DNA of 64,000 nucleotides from an uncultured cyanobacterium (GTDB lineage: Bacteria; Cyanobacteriota; Cyanobacteriia; Cyanobacteriales; CAWCAG01). Shown in pieces: positions 50,968 to 62,924 of the stretch. The first letter of the stretch is position 1. Each line of letters starts with the position of its first letter. The stretch is taken from positions 2,102,720 to 2,166,719 of the forward strand of contig CAWCAG010000005.1 of the NCBI GenBank assembly GCA_963793425.1, given 5' to 3'. The notes under the pieces were generated by a model. It was not told the origin of the DNA, searched no databases, and saw only the letters and a list, made by a program, of their open reading frames with translations. The position numbers and the translations under genes are program-made.

Positions 50968-51648
50968 ATGGCTTTCGACCCTACGAGCATTGATATTGCT
51001 AATTACATCGATCATTCTCTTCTTAATCCCACAGCCACTTCAGAACAAATTAAACAATATTGTACAGAAGCAGAGCAATTCAATTTTCCTTCTGTCTGCG
51101 TCTATCCAGGGGCTGTTTGGCAAGCAGCAGATTTGCTTCATGGAAAACCAATCAAAGTGGGAACAGTGATTGGTTTTCCTACAGGGGCTACAACTTCTGC
51201 TACCAAGTTGTATGAAGCCCAAGAAGCAGTGGAAAATGGTGCGACAGAATTAGATATGGTCATTAATCTTGGTTGGTTAAAAGAAGGGAAAACAGAAGAT
51301 ATTTATCGAGAAATTGCTGATATTTGTGGCGCAACAGGGCAAATCGTCAAAGTTATTTTAGAAATGAATTTGCTTACGGAGACTGAAAAACAGCTTGCCG
51401 CAGAAATTGCGATGGATGCGGGGGCTGCTTACTTGAAGACAAGTACAGGTTGGTTTGGGGGTGCGACGACTGAAGATGTTAGTTTACTAAAAACAATTAC
51501 TAAAGGACGAGTCGGCATTAAAGCTTCGGGAGGCATCCGTACTGTGCAACAAGCTTTGCAATTAATTGATGCTGGGGCAACTCGCTTAGGAACTTCTCGT
51601 GGTGTCAGTATTTTGCAACAACGTGATAATACTAGTAGTTCTGATTGA
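50968..51648 (+). CDS. deoC: deoxyribose-phosphate aldolase
   Basis: [41 protein letters not shown]. Confidence 0.95.
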   Translation: MAFDPTSIDIANYIDHSLLNPTATSEQIKQYCTEAEQFNFPSVCVYPGAVWQAADLLHGKPIKVGTVIGFPTGATTSATKLYEAQEAVENGATELDMVINLGWLKEGKTEDIYREIADICGATGQIVKVILEMNLLTETEKQLAAEIAMDAGAAYLKTSTGWFGGATTEDVSLLKTITKGRVGIKASGGIRTVQQALQLIDAGATRLGTSRGVSILQQRDNTSSSD

Positions 51649-51727
51649 ATTTATGTACATTTTGATACTCTGAATTTTCGCTAATAGCTAGTTGAGGAGT
51701 AAAAATTGCTATGGAAGAGCCAAAGTT

Positions 51728-52525
51728 ATGAGTCGCACTTATAAAGCTACGGGAATTAATCTCAAAGGAATGTCTTTTGGAGAAAGTGACCGTCTTATAA
51801 CTATTTTAACACCAGAATACGGCTTAGTTCGGGCCGTTGTACCTGGAGCAAGAAAACATGAATCTCGCTTGCGGGGGAGAAGCGAACTGTTTGTGGTTAA
51901 TGAATTGTTGATTGTTAAAGGGCGATCCCTTGACAAAATAACTCAAGCAGAAACCTTAGAATCTTATCCTGGCTTGAGTAAAGACTTAGGTAAATTAGCT
52001 GCTAGCCAATATATGGCAGAGTTGGCTCTTTATTTAGGTTTGAGTGAACAACCCCAACGGGAACTCTACGAATTACTAAATGAACATCTACGCCGCTTAG
52101 AAAAACTTGTCACTTCCCCTAATTCCCCAGACTATCAGTTTTTGATTCTTTCCCATTTAGCCCATAGCCTATTCCATTTCCTGGCTTTGGCAGGTATAGG
52201 TCCTCAAGTACAAAGCTGTTGTATCACCGCAGAAGCCATAACCCCAGAATTTAGTAATTTAGATTGGCAAGCCGGATTTAGTATTGAAGGCGGTGGAGTA
52301 GTTGATTTAAGTTGCCCAAATAAACCCAAAATTGATAGTCGTCTCCGGAGTGAAGAAATATTTTTTCTGCAACAACTTCCTGAACCAGAGTTAAAATCCT
52401 ACCCTTTTAACGAGTCTTTCAATGGTATTTGGTCAAAAATAGAAGCGCTTTTACGGAATTACACCCAATATCATTGCGGTAAACCCATCCGTTCTGCGGA
52501 TTTAATAGATACTTTATTTTCCTAG
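51728..52525 (+). CDS. recO: DNA repair protein RecO
   Basis: [24 protein letters not shown]. Confidence 0.92.
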   Translation: MSRTYKATGINLKGMSFGESDRLITILTPEYGLVRAVVPGARKHESRLRGRSELFVVNELLIVKGRSLDKITQAETLESYPGLSKDLGKLAASQYMAELALYLGLSEQPQRELYELLNEHLRRLEKLVTSPNSPDYQFLILSHLAHSLFHFLALAGIGPQVQSCCITAEAITPEFSNLDWQAGFSIEGGGVVDLSCPNKPKIDSRLRSEEIFFLQQLPEPELKSYPFNESFNGIWSKIEALLRNYTQYHCGKPIRSADLIDTLFS

Positions 52526-52611
52526 AGTCTGTCACAATGAATACAAGTATTTATTAACTTAGCTATATTTCTATCTAATAGTAAGCTCACAGAAGGGGGA
52601 GAACGAGTATT

Positions 52612-54009
52612 GTGAAAGCGAAATTTGAACAAGAACAGCTCCAAGAAGTTGAAGAAACAGAATCTTCTGGCGATCGCGAACTTGTTCCTGAAGAAGAATC
52701 TCTTCCGGAAGGATTTGGTCCGGTCTTAAAAAATGTTCGTTTCTTAGTTTTGTGGAGCGGACAAATATTTTCTCAACTAGCAGATAAGGTTTATTTAGTT
52801 TTGATGATTGCCATCATTGCTAGCAATTTTCAAAGGTCTGATCAAACCATTAGTGGTTGGGTTTCTGCTATTATGATCGCCTTTACCATCCCTGCTATTC
52901 TCTTCGGCTCCTTAGCAGGGGTTTATGTAGATCGCTGGTCTAAAAAAGGAGTTTTAGTCATCACCAACCTACTACGGGGAGGATTGGTTTTAACCTTACC
53001 TCTCTTGTTATGGCTATCTAAGGACTTAAACCCTATTTTCAACTTACCAGCGGGCTTTTGGCTGCTTTTGGGAGTAACTTTTTTAGTGTCTACCTTAACC
53101 CAATTTTTTGCTCCTGCTGAACAAACCGCCATTCCTTTAATTGTCAAACGCCAAGATTTGCTTCCCGCTAACTCCCTTTATACCACCACGATGATGGTTC
53201 TCTTAATTATTGGTTTTGCGGTGGGAGAGCCTTTATTAGAACTTGCAGACACCCTGGTTAAAAATGTGGGGCCAGCTTGGGATTTTGGCCCAGAATTATT
53301 GGTTGGTGGTGCTTATGTAATTGCCGGAGTAATTTTACTACTATTAAAAACTGGAGAGCAAAAACCAGAGCAGGAAACCGAACAACCCCATGTATTTCAG
53401 GATATTTGGGATGGTATTCTTTACCTGAAAAAAAATCGTCGCGTTCGCAATGCCTTGATACAACTAGTCATTCTTTTCTCTGTCTTTGCTGCTTTAGCTG
53501 TCTTAGCTGTTCGCTTAGCAGAAATGCTTCCTGAATTGGATGCGGATCAATTTGGCTTTCTCTTAGCAGCTGGTGGCTTAGGCATGGCTTTTGGTGCAGG
53601 AATTCTTGGTAATTGGGGACAGCGTTTTTCTCGCTCTGGGTTAGGTTTATTGGGTTCTTTTGGTGTTTCTGCTTCTTTGGTGGGGTTAGCTATCTTCACA
53701 AACTCACTTTGGCTTACTTTAGTCATGATTGCCTCATTGGGAGTATTTGCTGCTTTAGTAGGTATACCTATGCAAACTACAATTCAAGCGGAAACCCCAG
53801 AAGAGATGCGGGGCAAAGTCTTTGGCTTACAAAACAATGCTATTAATATTGCTTTGAGTTTGCCTTTAGCTTTAGCCGGAGTAGCCGAAACTATCTTCGG
53901 TTTACAACCAGTATTTCTATCTTTAGCGATTTTAGCTCTTACAGGAGGACTCTTAACCTGGTATATTTCCGGTAAAGGCTCTGTTCAGTCAACGGAAGCT
54001 CACCAATAA
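52612..54009 (+). CDS. MFS transporter
   Basis: LWSGQIFSQLAD, AGVYVDRW, MRGKVFG; about 12 TM helices. Confidence 0.9.
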   Translation: MKAKFEQEQLQEVEETESSGDRELVPEEESLPEGFGPVLKNVRFLVLWSGQIFSQLADKVYLVLMIAIIASNFQRSDQTISGWVSAIMIAFTIPAILFGSLAGVYVDRWSKKGVLVITNLLRGGLVLTLPLLLWLSKDLNPIFNLPAGFWLLLGVTFLVSTLTQFFAPAEQTAIPLIVKRQDLLPANSLYTTTMMVLLIIGFAVGEPLLELADTLVKNVGPAWDFGPELLVGGAYVIAGVILLLLKTGEQKPEQETEQPHVFQDIWDGILYLKKNRRVRNALIQLVILFSVFAALAVLAVRLAEMLPELDADQFGFLLAAGGLGMAFGAGILGNWGQRFSRSGLGLLGSFGVSASLVGLAIFTNSLWLTLVMIASLGVFAALVGIPMQTTIQAETPEEMRGKVFGLQNNAINIALSLPLALAGVAETIFGLQPVFLSLAILALTGGLLTWYISGKGSVQSTEAHQ

Positions 54010-54038
54010 AGTTAAACTTCTCAGACTCCATTACCTGA

Positions 54039-55193
54039 ATGCATATCGCTTGGCTAGGAAAAAAATCCCCCTTTTGTGGCAACGTCACCTACAGTCGAGA
54101 AATCACTAATGCCCTACTAGAAACAGGAGAGCAAGTTAGCTTCTTGCATTTTGCTCAACAACCATCTCACTACCAAGATTGGCCTCTTTGTCAAGAAGTT
54201 GTTTTACCTTGTCTCTACAAATCCCAGGTTTATACTATCCCAACTCCTAAATCTAGTAAGATTCTCGCTCAAGCTCTAGAAAAACTCAAACCCGATTTAG
54301 TCCATGCTTCCTTAACTCTTTCCCCTTTAGATTTTCGCTTACCAGAAATTTGTGCCGAACTTAATGTACCTTTAATTGCTACTTTTCACCCGGCTTTTGA
54401 TAGTAAGCTGCGTAACCTCAAATCCAGTACTCAGTTTCTCACCTATCAACTCTATGCTCCTTTTCTGTCTCATTATGAGCGGGTGATTATCTTCTCGCAA
54501 ATTCAAAAGGATTTATTAATGAAGTTAGGAGTACCCGCAGAGAAATTAGCGGTCATTCCTAATGGGGTAGATGTGAAAAAGTACTGTCCTGGCAACTCTA
54601 ACTTTAAAGCAAAACTAAAGGCTAAACAGCTATTTATTTATCAAGGCAGAGTCTCCACAGAAAAAAATGTCGAAGCGATGCTCAAAGCCTGGAAACACTG
54701 TAACTTAGGACAAGAGTGTAAATTAGTTATTATTGGAGATGGGCCTTTAGCCCCCTATTTAAAGCAGTTTTACCACGAAGAGCAGGGCATTATTTGGTTA
54801 GGTTACATTGAGGATGAACAAAGACGCATTGAGATTTTACGGGCAGCAGATGTGTTTATTTTGCCTTCTTTGGTAGAAGGTTTATCTTTATCTCTATTAG
54901 AAGCAATGGCTTGTGGTGTAGCTTGTCTAGCTACAGATGCCGGGGCTGATGGAGAAGTAATTGCAGATGGGGCTGGGGTGATTCTGAATACCCAAGGGGT
55001 GACAACTCAACTAAAAACCTTGCTACCTTTGTTCAAAGAGCAACCAGAATTGAGTCAGGTTTTAGGACAAAAGGGGCGACAGAGAGTTCTGCAACGCTAC
55101 ACTCTGAGCCAAAATATTATCCAGATTAAGGAACTTTATCATCAAGTGCTTTCTCTTCAATCTACTTCTTTTGTGGGCAATCAGATTTCTTAG
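54039..55193 (+). CDS. dgdA: GT4 glycosyltransferase, probably digalactosyldiacylglycerol synthase
   Basis: MHIAWLGKKSPFCGNVTY N-terminus recalled for cyanobacterial DgdA; EGLSLSLLEAMACG GT4 motif. Confidence 0.65.
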   Translation: MHIAWLGKKSPFCGNVTYSREITNALLETGEQVSFLHFAQQPSHYQDWPLCQEVVLPCLYKSQVYTIPTPKSSKILAQALEKLKPDLVHASLTLSPLDFRLPEICAELNVPLIATFHPAFDSKLRNLKSSTQFLTYQLYAPFLSHYERVIIFSQIQKDLLMKLGVPAEKLAVIPNGVDVKKYCPGNSNFKAKLKAKQLFIYQGRVSTEKNVEAMLKAWKHCNLGQECKLVIIGDGPLAPYLKQFYHEEQGIIWLGYIEDEQRRIEILRAADVFILPSLVEGLSLSLLEAMACGVACLATDAGADGEVIADGAGVILNTQGVTTQLKTLLPLFKEQPELSQVLGQKGRQRVLQRYTLSQNIIQIKELYHQVLSLQSTSFVGNQIS

Positions 55194-55264
55194 CCTTATT
55201 GAGATATAGCAAGTTCTTACTCAAAACTGAATAAGTCAGCACAATACTATTAAGAAAGTTTTTA

Positions 55265-55337
55265 TACCCCCAAGGGAATTCGAATCCCTGTCGCCTCCGT
55301 GAAAGGGAGGTGTCCTAGGCCTCTAGACGATGGGGGC
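55265..55337 (-). tRNA. tRNA-Glu (TTC)
   Basis: Reverse complement GCCCCCATCGTCTAGAGGCCTAGGACACCTCCCTTTCACGGAGGCGACAGGGATTCGAATTCCCTTGGGGGTA. Confidence 0.96.
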
Positions 55338-55417
55338 TTAGTTTGTTCGCACAGTTTATAACTATAGCCGCTTTTTTTTCTTTTGTCAAGTTTAAGGCAA
55401 AAATCCAACTTCTATAA

Positions 55418-55966
55418 TCACCGTCTTCCCAACCTTAGCTGAGCCAGTTTTTGTTGTGCTTGAGGATCTAAAGAATTAACTAAAAAGCGACCCCTAGATT
55501 GTTTCTGAGGTCGTTTCTTGCCCTTTACTCTACTTGCTATCAAATTGACATCTTGATTCAAACGCTGAGCAGACATCCATTCAGCCCCATAACCCAATAC
55601 GGTCAATTGTTGCGCTCGGTCAGAAGTGGCTACAATTAAGCGAGAATGCAAACAGTCTGGTTGGCGTTGAAAAGAAGCACAAATTTTCTCGATATAAGTA
55701 TCTGCTGTTTGGGCGAAATCCGTATAATAAGCCGATAAATGAGAAGTATATGCTTGGCAATGAGCGCTCTGGTTTTGGTAGTGAGCATCAAAAACTACTT
55801 GAGTTTCAAAACCTTGGAAAGCACTATAATTAACCAAAGTTTCAATAAGTTCGTGACGAGCTGCGTCCATATCGTGTCTTTTACAGGTCTGTTGTAAAGA
55901 AGACCAAGCACCGATGATATTGTAACCATCAACTAGTAAGCGGGCTGGGGATGAAGAACGAGGCAT
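55418..55966 (-). CDS. NYN-domain ribonuclease (YacP/Rae1-like)
   Basis: LLVDGYNIIG, VVFDA, TADTYIE, VATSD. Confidence 0.9.
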   Translation of the reverse strand: MPRSSSPARLLVDGYNIIGAWSSLQQTCKRHDMDAARHELIETLVNYSAFQGFETQVVFDAHYQNQSAHCQAYTSHLSAYYTDFAQTADTYIEKICASFQRQPDCLHSRLIVATSDRAQQLTVLGYGAEWMSAQRLNQDVNLIASRVKGKKRPQKQSRGRFLVNSLDPQAQQKLAQLRLGRR

Positions 55967-56084
55967 TGTTTTAGCACGAAGTTATTTTTAGATATTTCTC
56001 TTGCTATTGTATCGGCAAATGTTCATACAAATTGACACTCCTCGCCGTAGAATTGAAATGAGATTTATAGAATGAACTGAGTAT

Positions 56085-56750
56085 TTAATACTTTTTGCCC
56101 ATCAGTTTTTGTTTCAAGCGTTCGGGACTTCCTCGATCAACCACTTTTCCTCCTTCCAAAAGGAAAGCCCCATCACAATAGTCAAGTTCGTCCAAACGGT
56201 GAGTAACCCACAGAGCAGTTAAAAAGCGACTTTTCACCAATTTGCGTACCTGTGCTACTAACTCCAACTGAGTATCTGCATCTAACAAAGCTGTAGGCTC
56301 ATCAAGGAGAAGAATTTCACACTGACGGGCGATCGCACCAGCAATGGCAATACGCTGTTTTTGCCCCCCACTGAGGGCATAAATAGGTCGCCTTTGTAAA
56401 TGTTGTAAATTGACCGCCGTAAGCGCTTCTTGAACTCTAGCTCGGACTTGCGAAGGAGTAAGATTTTCTTCCACCAAGCCAAAAGCGATATCTGCTCCCA
56501 CCGTAGGCATTACCAACTGATGGTCGGGGTTTTGAAAGACAAAACCTACAGGAGAAGTGACTTCTATTTCTCCTCCTTGAGAAGCTAACAATCTAGCTAT
56601 CAATCTCAAAAGAGTAGATTTTCCACTCCCATTTGTACCTAAAAGCATCCAAAATTCTCCTTTTGGTACTTCTAGAGAGCAATTGTCCAAAACGGAACTG
56701 CCGTTTTGCCAACTAAACTGTAGGTTTTGGATTTTAATTGCTGGGTTCAT
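56085..56750 (-). CDS. ABC/ECF transporter ATP-binding protein
   Basis: GTNGSGKST, FVFQNPDHQ, LSGGQKQR, LDEPT. Confidence 0.9.
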   Translation of the reverse strand: MNPAIKIQNLQFSWQNGSSVLDNCSLEVPKGEFWMLLGTNGSGKSTLLRLIARLLASQGGEIEVTSPVGFVFQNPDHQLVMPTVGADIAFGLVEENLTPSQVRARVQEALTAVNLQHLQRRPIYALSGGQKQRIAIAGAIARQCEILLLDEPTALLDADTQLELVAQVRKLVKSRFLTALWVTHRLDELDYCDGAFLLEGGKVVDRGSPERLKQKLMGKKY

Positions 56751-56792
56751 CAGTCATGCAATAAGGGAAGCAGGGAGCAAAATTTTTACATT

Positions 56793-57062
56793 TTAGGAAT
56801 CAGCTACAGCAAAAAAGCCAGGGGCCCGCCCTGACATAGTTGCACCAGATTTTTGAGAAATGATCACAGCACTAATTTGGTCGCTAAAAATAGCAATCTT
56901 CTTATCTGGCTGTTTTTCGCAGGTAAGTTCTAATAGCTGTGGCTGAGAGGCTTTCATTGCTGTTGTAACCTCTTGGTAAAGTGTTTCTGCTCCTTCTAGC
57001 TCTTTTCTTTGTACTGACAGGGGTACGGGAGTATACTTTACGGTCAAATCAATAGTAAACAT
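56793..57062 (-). CDS. conserved small cyanobacterial protein (UPF0367-like)
   Basis: [20 protein letters not shown] pattern. Confidence 0.75.
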   Translation of the reverse strand: MFTIDLTVKYTPVPLSVQRKELEGAETLYQEVTTAMKASQPQLLELTCEKQPDKKIAIFSDQISAVIISQKSGATMSGRAPGFFAVADS

Positions 57063-57347
57063 TCAATTCTTAACTTTGTTGAGGACTTCTATATTTGATT
57101 ATGGGATATTAAGGAGGTATTTTGGGAGATACTCCGAAGTCCTCAACAGTTTCCTCGAAACAATTTTAACTTTTGTTAAGATTTCTCCTGGAAAAATGAG
57201 AGATTTTCCTTATAATGTATTTATTAGATAAAGAAAAGTAAATTTTATATCCGGTATCTCTCATAATCTGCTCACAAAGCAACGAATTAAAAAGAGTGGG
57301 TATAAAAACTAAACTTTCGCCCTTATAACTTAATAGAGATTTACGTT

Positions 57348-58406
57348 ATGACAATAGCAGTGGGACGCGCAACAGAACAGAGAGGATGGTTTGACATCCT
57401 TGATGACTGGTTAAAGCGCGACCGATTCGTATTCGTAGGCTGGTCAGGAATATTATTATTCCCCTGTGCCTACCTAGCATTAGGAGGATGGTTAACAGGA
57501 ACCACCTTCGTCACCTCCTGGTACACTCACGGTTTAGCAAGTTCTTACCTAGAAGGTTGTAACTTCCTAACCGTAGCAGTATCAACCCCAGCAGACACCA
57601 TGGGACACTCCTTACTATTCTTGTGGGGACCTGAAGCAGGGTGGAACTTCACTCGTTGGTGTCAACTAGGTGGATTATGGTCATTTGTCGCTTTTCACGG
57701 CGCATTTGGCTTAATCGGCTTCATGTTACGGCAGTTTGAGATTTCCCGTCTAGTGGGAATTCGTCCTTACAACGCCTTAGCATTTAGCGGACCAATCGCC
57801 GTATTTGTAAGCGTCTTTTTAATGTATCCCTTGGGACAATCAAGCTGGTTTTTCGCCCCCAGCTTTGGAGTAGCGGGAATATTCCGTTTCATCTTGTTCT
57901 TCCAAGGATTCCACAACTGGACACTAAACCCATTTCATATGATGGGAGTAGCCGGAATATTAGGTGGAGCCTTGCTTTGTGCCATTCACGGAGCCACAGT
58001 AGAAAACACCCTGTTTGAAGATGGAGAAGCATCTAACACCTTTAGAGCATTTAATCCTACCCAAGCAGAAGAAACCTACAGCATGGTAACAGCAAACCGT
58101 TTCTGGTCACAGATATTCGGAATTGCCTTTTCCAACAAGCGTTGGTTACACTTCTTCATGCTGTTTGTCCCAGTAACCGGACTATGGATGAGTGCAGTCG
58201 GAGTAGTGGGTTTAGCAGTCAACCTGCGTGCCTATGACTTCGTATCTCAAGAAATCCGAGCAGCAGAAGACCCAGAATTTGAAACGTTCTACACTAAGAA
58301 CATCTTATTAAATGAAGGTCTTAGAGCGTGGTTAGCACCTCAAGACCAACCCCACAAACAATTCGAGTTCCCAGAAGAAGTCTTACCTCGTGGTAATGCT
58401 CTGTAA
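57348..58406 (+). CDS. psbD: photosystem II D2 protein, stand-alone copy
   Basis: [39 protein letters not shown]; no psbC follows. Confidence 0.98.
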   Translation: MTIAVGRATEQRGWFDILDDWLKRDRFVFVGWSGILLFPCAYLALGGWLTGTTFVTSWYTHGLASSYLEGCNFLTVAVSTPADTMGHSLLFLWGPEAGWNFTRWCQLGGLWSFVAFHGAFGLIGFMLRQFEISRLVGIRPYNALAFSGPIAVFVSVFLMYPLGQSSWFFAPSFGVAGIFRFILFFQGFHNWTLNPFHMMGVAGILGGALLCAIHGATVENTLFEDGEASNTFRAFNPTQAEETYSMVTANRFWSQIFGIAFSNKRWLHFFMLFVPVTGLWMSAVGVVGLAVNLRAYDFVSQEIRAAEDPEFETFYTKNILLNEGLRAWLAPQDQPHKQFEFPEEVLPRGNAL

Positions 58407-58462
58407 AGGAATTTCTTAATAGCTACAGGATGGGTTAGTTTGATATCCATCCTTTATTGAAT

Positions 58463-58500
58463 AACTCCTAAGAGAATGTCTAAATTCTCTTAGGAGTTTT
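58463..58500. terminator. probable intrinsic terminator
   Basis: AACTCCTAAGAGAAT-loop-ATTCTCTTAGGAGTT followed by T residues, between convergent genes. Confidence 0.7.
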
Positions 58501-58624
58501 ATTTCGTACTAACTTTTTGATTACTGAAGCTAAGATATAGGTTTGATGTTATTCTGTGTCTTTGCTGTCTCTGTATAAGATTCAAAAATAAAGTAACGGC
58601 TTATCTATTAAGTCAATACAAGAA

Positions 58625-59311
58625 CTACTTCAAATATTTCTGTTGTGATATGTAGCTATCTATATTTTGTAGTATTTCTCTTAAATAGCAAATAACTCTT
58701 TTCTTAATTTGTAATAGCTCTTCTGCTGTAGCATCTGTCCCTACTTCTTCAAAAGATTTAAGACCATGTGTTAAATCATTTCTGTTAGTTTTTATTTTCA
58801 GTAAATCATTACCGTTCTGAGTTTTTCGAGCATTAGTTTGGTGTGAAAAGCCATAAGCTTCCGCTGTTTCTCTTATTTTCTTAGCATCAATATTCCCGGA
58901 AAAGAGTTTTCCTTTGTCAAAACTGGAAGATACTATATCTAAAGCAAGATTATTTATACTTTTTAAAAGAATCTTAGCTAAAGTACGAATACGCTGTGTC
59001 CCATCTATAATTTCCAACCGTGCTAAATCTTCTGATTCTAATATGTCAGCAACAAAAATATAGGGAATGGGTAAGCCTAATAATACAGACTCAATAAATT
59101 TTGATTGTCTATCTTCATCCCATTTCATTGCCCTTTGATAGTCTGGGATAAATAATTCGTTCTCATCTTTTTCTCTCCCATCTAAATATTTTTGAACGAG
59201 AATCTCAATAGGATACTCTAAGGTATTGTAGTCAACAGGTTTTCTGCGATCGCGAATTTGCGCTTCTGCAATGTCTTTTTCTTCCGGCGTAATTTCTTTA
59301 TTATTGACCAT
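58625..59311 (-). CDS. fusion of an N-terminal DUF262 segment and a C-terminal MAE_28990-like HEPN segment
   Basis: IPDYQR..W..FIESVLLGLPIP..IIDGTQR, followed by LFSGNIDAKKIR..RNDLTHG..SF. Confidence 0.75.
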   Translation of the reverse strand: MVNNKEITPEEKDIAEAQIRDRRKPVDYNTLEYPIEILVQKYLDGREKDENELFIPDYQRAMKWDEDRQSKFIESVLLGLPIPYIFVADILESEDLARLEIIDGTQRIRTLAKILLKSINNLALDIVSSSFDKGKLFSGNIDAKKIRETAEAYGFSHQTNARKTQNGNDLLKIKTNRNDLTHGLKSFEEVGTDATAEELLQIKKRVICYLREILQNIDSYISQQKYLK

Positions 59312-59634
59312 ATCCCTTAATTCATTTCGTTTTTGGGCATTGTAAGGTTGGTAATCACAGAAGTATCACTAACAACTTTTGATCTTACAGGTTTAGATCC
59401 TGGTATAACATCTATCTTCCATAGTCAAATTTAGTCAAAGAACACTTTTATAACTATTCCGCAAAAAGAATAACTCATCAAGAGGTTTTTCGGGGGAGGA
59501 TTTAAACAAAAAGTATTTTAGTCCCGTAGGCGATCGCCCTCTACCATGGCTTGCCTAATCGCTAATCTTCTAAATTGTGTATTTCCTGTTAATCTGGATT
59601 TTGTATTGGTACTATCAATTTGAAGGAGATAACC

Positions 59635-60084
59635 TTGGAAAGGACATTCGTGATGATTAAACCCGACGGCGTGCAACGGGGTTTAGTTGGAGAAGTGGTT
59701 AAGCGATTGGAAACGAAAGGTTTTACCCTTGTAGGACTCAAAATGATGGCGGTGGATCGCGAACTAGCGGAGAAACACTATGATGTCCATAAGGAAAAAG
59801 CCTTTTTTAAAGGTTTGGTAGATTTTATTACTTCTAGCCCTGTAGTAGCGACAGTGTGGGAAGGAGAAGGGGTTGTTGCTTCTGCCAGGAAAATTATTGG
59901 GGTAACAAATCCTCTATCGGCTGAACCTGGAACTATTCGCGGCGATTATGGTATTAGTATTGGTCGCAACCTTATTCATGGTTCAGATGCGGTAGAAACG
60001 GCTAGGGATGAGATTGCTTTGTGGTTTAAGGATGAGGAGTTAGTTAGCTGGGAACCGGCAACAAAGACTTGGTTATATGAGTAG
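59635..60084 (+). CDS. ndk: nucleoside diphosphate kinase
   Basis: [35 protein letters not shown] start after AAGGAG. Confidence 0.96.
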   Translation: MERTFVMIKPDGVQRGLVGEVVKRLETKGFTLVGLKMMAVDRELAEKHYDVHKEKAFFKGLVDFITSSPVVATVWEGEGVVASARKIIGVTNPLSAEPGTIRGDYGISIGRNLIHGSDAVETARDEIALWFKDEELVSWEPATKTWLYE

Positions 60085-60110
60085 TTTTTAACTTTAGAGC
60101 AACAGGATTA

Positions 60111-60172
60111 TGGTGGGCAAATGTTTGCTAACAAGTTTAATAATAAATTATCTTGTTTTTTGCCCACCCTAC
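60111..60172. repeat. single GTAG-type REP element
   Basis: TGGTGGGCAA...TTGCCCACCCTAC; same family as 17513-17665. Confidence 0.75.
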
Positions 60173-60183
60173 GGGATTTTAAG

Positions 60184-61614
60184 CTATTTAGCTGTTTCTA
60201 CTAACTCCTTATCAGACTCTGCAACAGTTTCTTCTTCTGGTGGTAAACCAAGAATTTCTCTGTACATCCTGTCATATTCGCGAGCAGATTTTTCCCAACT
60301 GAAGTTTTCTTCCATACCTCGTTTTTGCAATTGCCCCCAAGCATCTTTGAAATGGAATGCTTCGGACGCTTTGACCATGCAGGTATATAAATCCAAAGGT
60401 TCATAGCGATCAAAGCAATAACCTGTACCAGTTTGGGCTACAGGATCATGGTAAGAAACGGTATCTACTAAACCCCCTGTACGCCGGACAATAGGTACAC
60501 TACCATAACGCATGGCTAGCATCTGGCTAATACCGCAGGGTTCAAAGCGAGAAGGCATCAAGAAAGCATCGCTACCAGCATAGATGCGCCGAGAAAGGGC
60601 ATCATTGTAAAGCAACTGTACAGACATACGGCCAGGATAGCGAGAGGACATCTCCCATAGTTGAGTTTCGTAGTAGCGATCGCCTGTTCCCAATAAAAGG
60701 AATTGTGAGTCTGTGTAGGCAAGGAAGCGGTCTAAAATTTGCATAATGAGATCGATGCCTTTTTGGTCTACCAAACGACTAACCAATCCCACCAAGAAGC
60801 TACTACTATTAACTTCTAAACCAACTTCTTCTTGGATAGCCACCTTATTGGCACGGCGTTTTTCCAAGCTATCAACACTAAATTGTTGTTTAATATATTT
60901 ATCCGTAGCGGGGTTGTAACTATCTACATCAATACCGTTAACAATACCGACTGTTTTGCCACTGATAAAAGAAAGAAGTCCTTCTAACTTCTCGCCATAT
61001 TCGGCAGTTTGAATTTGTTGGGCATAGGTAGGCGAAACTGTATTAACTCGGTCAGCAAACTGTACGGCTGCCGCCATAGTATTATGACCTTGCATATACC
61101 AAGGACACCAAGTCATCTGTTTTAAACGCCACATCCAAGGCCCTTGATAAGCCAAGTTGTGAATAGTAAAAACCGTACTAATATCCGGAGATTGGTGCAT
61201 CCAAACGGGAATCATCCCTGTATGCCAGTCGTGGCAATGGATAACTTGCGGCTTCCAATAATTCCAACAAAATTCTGCTGCCCCATTAGCAAAAAGGGTA
61301 AAGCGCCAATCTTCATCTTCCCCACCATAAACACGACGGGGCAAAAAGGAAGGATGACCAAATAAATATAGGGGAACTTCTGTTCCAGGCAAGACTGTCT
61401 CGTAAACAGAAAAACTCTGGAACATGGCATTTCCTGACCAAACAGGTTCGTTGGGGATCTCTGTTTTGTCCGGCAAGAAACCATAGTAGGGCATAAATAT
61501 CCGCACATCATGCCCCATATCTCGTAACACTTTCGGCAGGGAACCAACCACATCTCCCATACCACCAACTTTAGCTAAAGGCCCTGCTTCTGCCGCAACA
61601 AATAAGATTTGCAT
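60184..61614 (-). CDS. glgA: glycogen synthase
   Basis: [32 protein letters not shown]. Confidence 0.96.
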   Translation of the reverse strand: MQILFVAAEAGPLAKVGGMGDVVGSLPKVLRDMGHDVRIFMPYYGFLPDKTEIPNEPVWSGNAMFQSFSVYETVLPGTEVPLYLFGHPSFLPRRVYGGEDEDWRFTLFANGAAEFCWNYWKPQVIHCHDWHTGMIPVWMHQSPDISTVFTIHNLAYQGPWMWRLKQMTWCPWYMQGHNTMAAAVQFADRVNTVSPTYAQQIQTAEYGEKLEGLLSFISGKTVGIVNGIDVDSYNPATDKYIKQQFSVDSLEKRRANKVAIQEEVGLEVNSSSFLVGLVSRLVDQKGIDLIMQILDRFLAYTDSQFLLLGTGDRYYETQLWEMSSRYPGRMSVQLLYNDALSRRIYAGSDAFLMPSRFEPCGISQMLAMRYGSVPIVRRTGGLVDTVSYHDPVAQTGTGYCFDRYEPLDLYTCMVKASEAFHFKDAWGQLQKRGMEENFSWEKSAREYDRMYREILGLPPEEETVAESDKELVETAK

Positions 61615-61719
61615 AGTTTACTCTAGAGTTCTCCCAGCTTTCTTTTTATGAAGATTTTCTGCTTCGTCAGTTATTAATTATCAATTATCAACTACCAATT
61701 CTCAAGGATTTGAGGCAGA

Positions 61720-62694
61720 TTACTTAGCATCCCTTTGAATTTCAGCAAAAATTTCTTCCAGAATTTCTTGGGCCCCTTGTCCCCGTAAAGCTTGGGCTAA
61801 TTGTTTGCCTAAGTTTTCGGCTTCTTGAATATTACCGCTAACGGAATCTTTAACTAAGCGTTTGCCATCTAAACTAGCTACTAAACCGATTAAAGTTAAA
61901 TTATCTCCGGCAATAGAACTATTAACACCGATGGGTACTTGACAACCCCCTTCTAATTCCCTTAAAAAAGACCTTTCGGCTAAAGTTCTCTCTTTGGTTG
62001 GTTGATGTTCAATTGCTTGCAAAAGTTGAAGAATTTCTGTATCTCCTTCCCGACATTCAATACCCAAAGCACCTTGCCCTACGGCATGGAGAGAGATTTC
62101 TGGGGGAATAGATTGGTGAATGCGATCGCTCATATCTAAGCGTTGTAAGCCGGCAACAGCGAGGATAATAGCATCGTATTCCCCTGCATCTAATTTAGCT
62201 AATCTGGTATTTAAGTTGCCGCGAATATCTTTGAAGACTAAATGGGGAAAATGGTATTTTAACTGAGCCAATCTCCGTAAAGAAGATGTGCCAATTACAG
62301 TACCTTCTGGTAAAGTTTCTAGCTGCTTATCTTTATGCTGCTCCGCCACCACTAAAGCATCAGCAGGATCAACTCTTTCGGTAATACAACCCAACATTAA
62401 ACCTTCAGGCAAGTTGGTAGGCAAATCTTTAAGGGAATGAACCGCTAAATCTGCACTGCCATTAAGGATACCCACTTCCAATTCTTTGGTAAATAAGCCC
62501 TTATCGCCAATTTTAGAAAGAGCCACATCAAGGATTTTATCTCCTTGAGTACTCATGGTCTGAACCTCAAACTGAATATCAGGAAAACTCTCTTGCAATT
62601 GTGCTTGTACCCAGTGGGTTTGAATCAAAGCCAACTGGCTTTTCCGTGAAGCGATACGAACTGTACGAGGTGGGCTAGAAACTGAGGAGGTCAT
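61720..62694 (-). CDS. hemC: porphobilinogen deaminase
   Basis: [39 protein letters not shown]. Confidence 0.97.
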   Translation of the reverse strand: MTSSVSSPPRTVRIASRKSQLALIQTHWVQAQLQESFPDIQFEVQTMSTQGDKILDVALSKIGDKGLFTKELEVGILNGSADLAVHSLKDLPTNLPEGLMLGCITERVDPADALVVAEQHKDKQLETLPEGTVIGTSSLRRLAQLKYHFPHLVFKDIRGNLNTRLAKLDAGEYDAIILAVAGLQRLDMSDRIHQSIPPEISLHAVGQGALGIECREGDTEILQLLQAIEHQPTKERTLAERSFLRELEGGCQVPIGVNSSIAGDNLTLIGLVASLDGKRLVKDSVSGNIQEAENLGKQLAQALRGQGAQEILEEIFAEIQRDAK

Positions 62695-62924
62695 ATTATT
62701 TTTAAGTTATCTCAATATAGAGTTTTATTTTAAGTGGATCTATAACAGAGTACCGTAGCACCTTACCTATGTTTCTCCAGAATTATTCCTTCGTTACATC
62801 CATTAATAATTTGCATGAGGAAAACAAGGTTATCTTGCAACCACAACTTTTGATTCTCAGTACTTTAAATCATCATGCGATCGCCAGAAGTGTACTATTC
62901 AACACAACCAAAGAAAAAACTTGC

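Noticed and set aside
57348..58406. psbD without psbC as an anomaly
   Set aside because: A second monocistronic psbD copy is normal in cyanobacteria.
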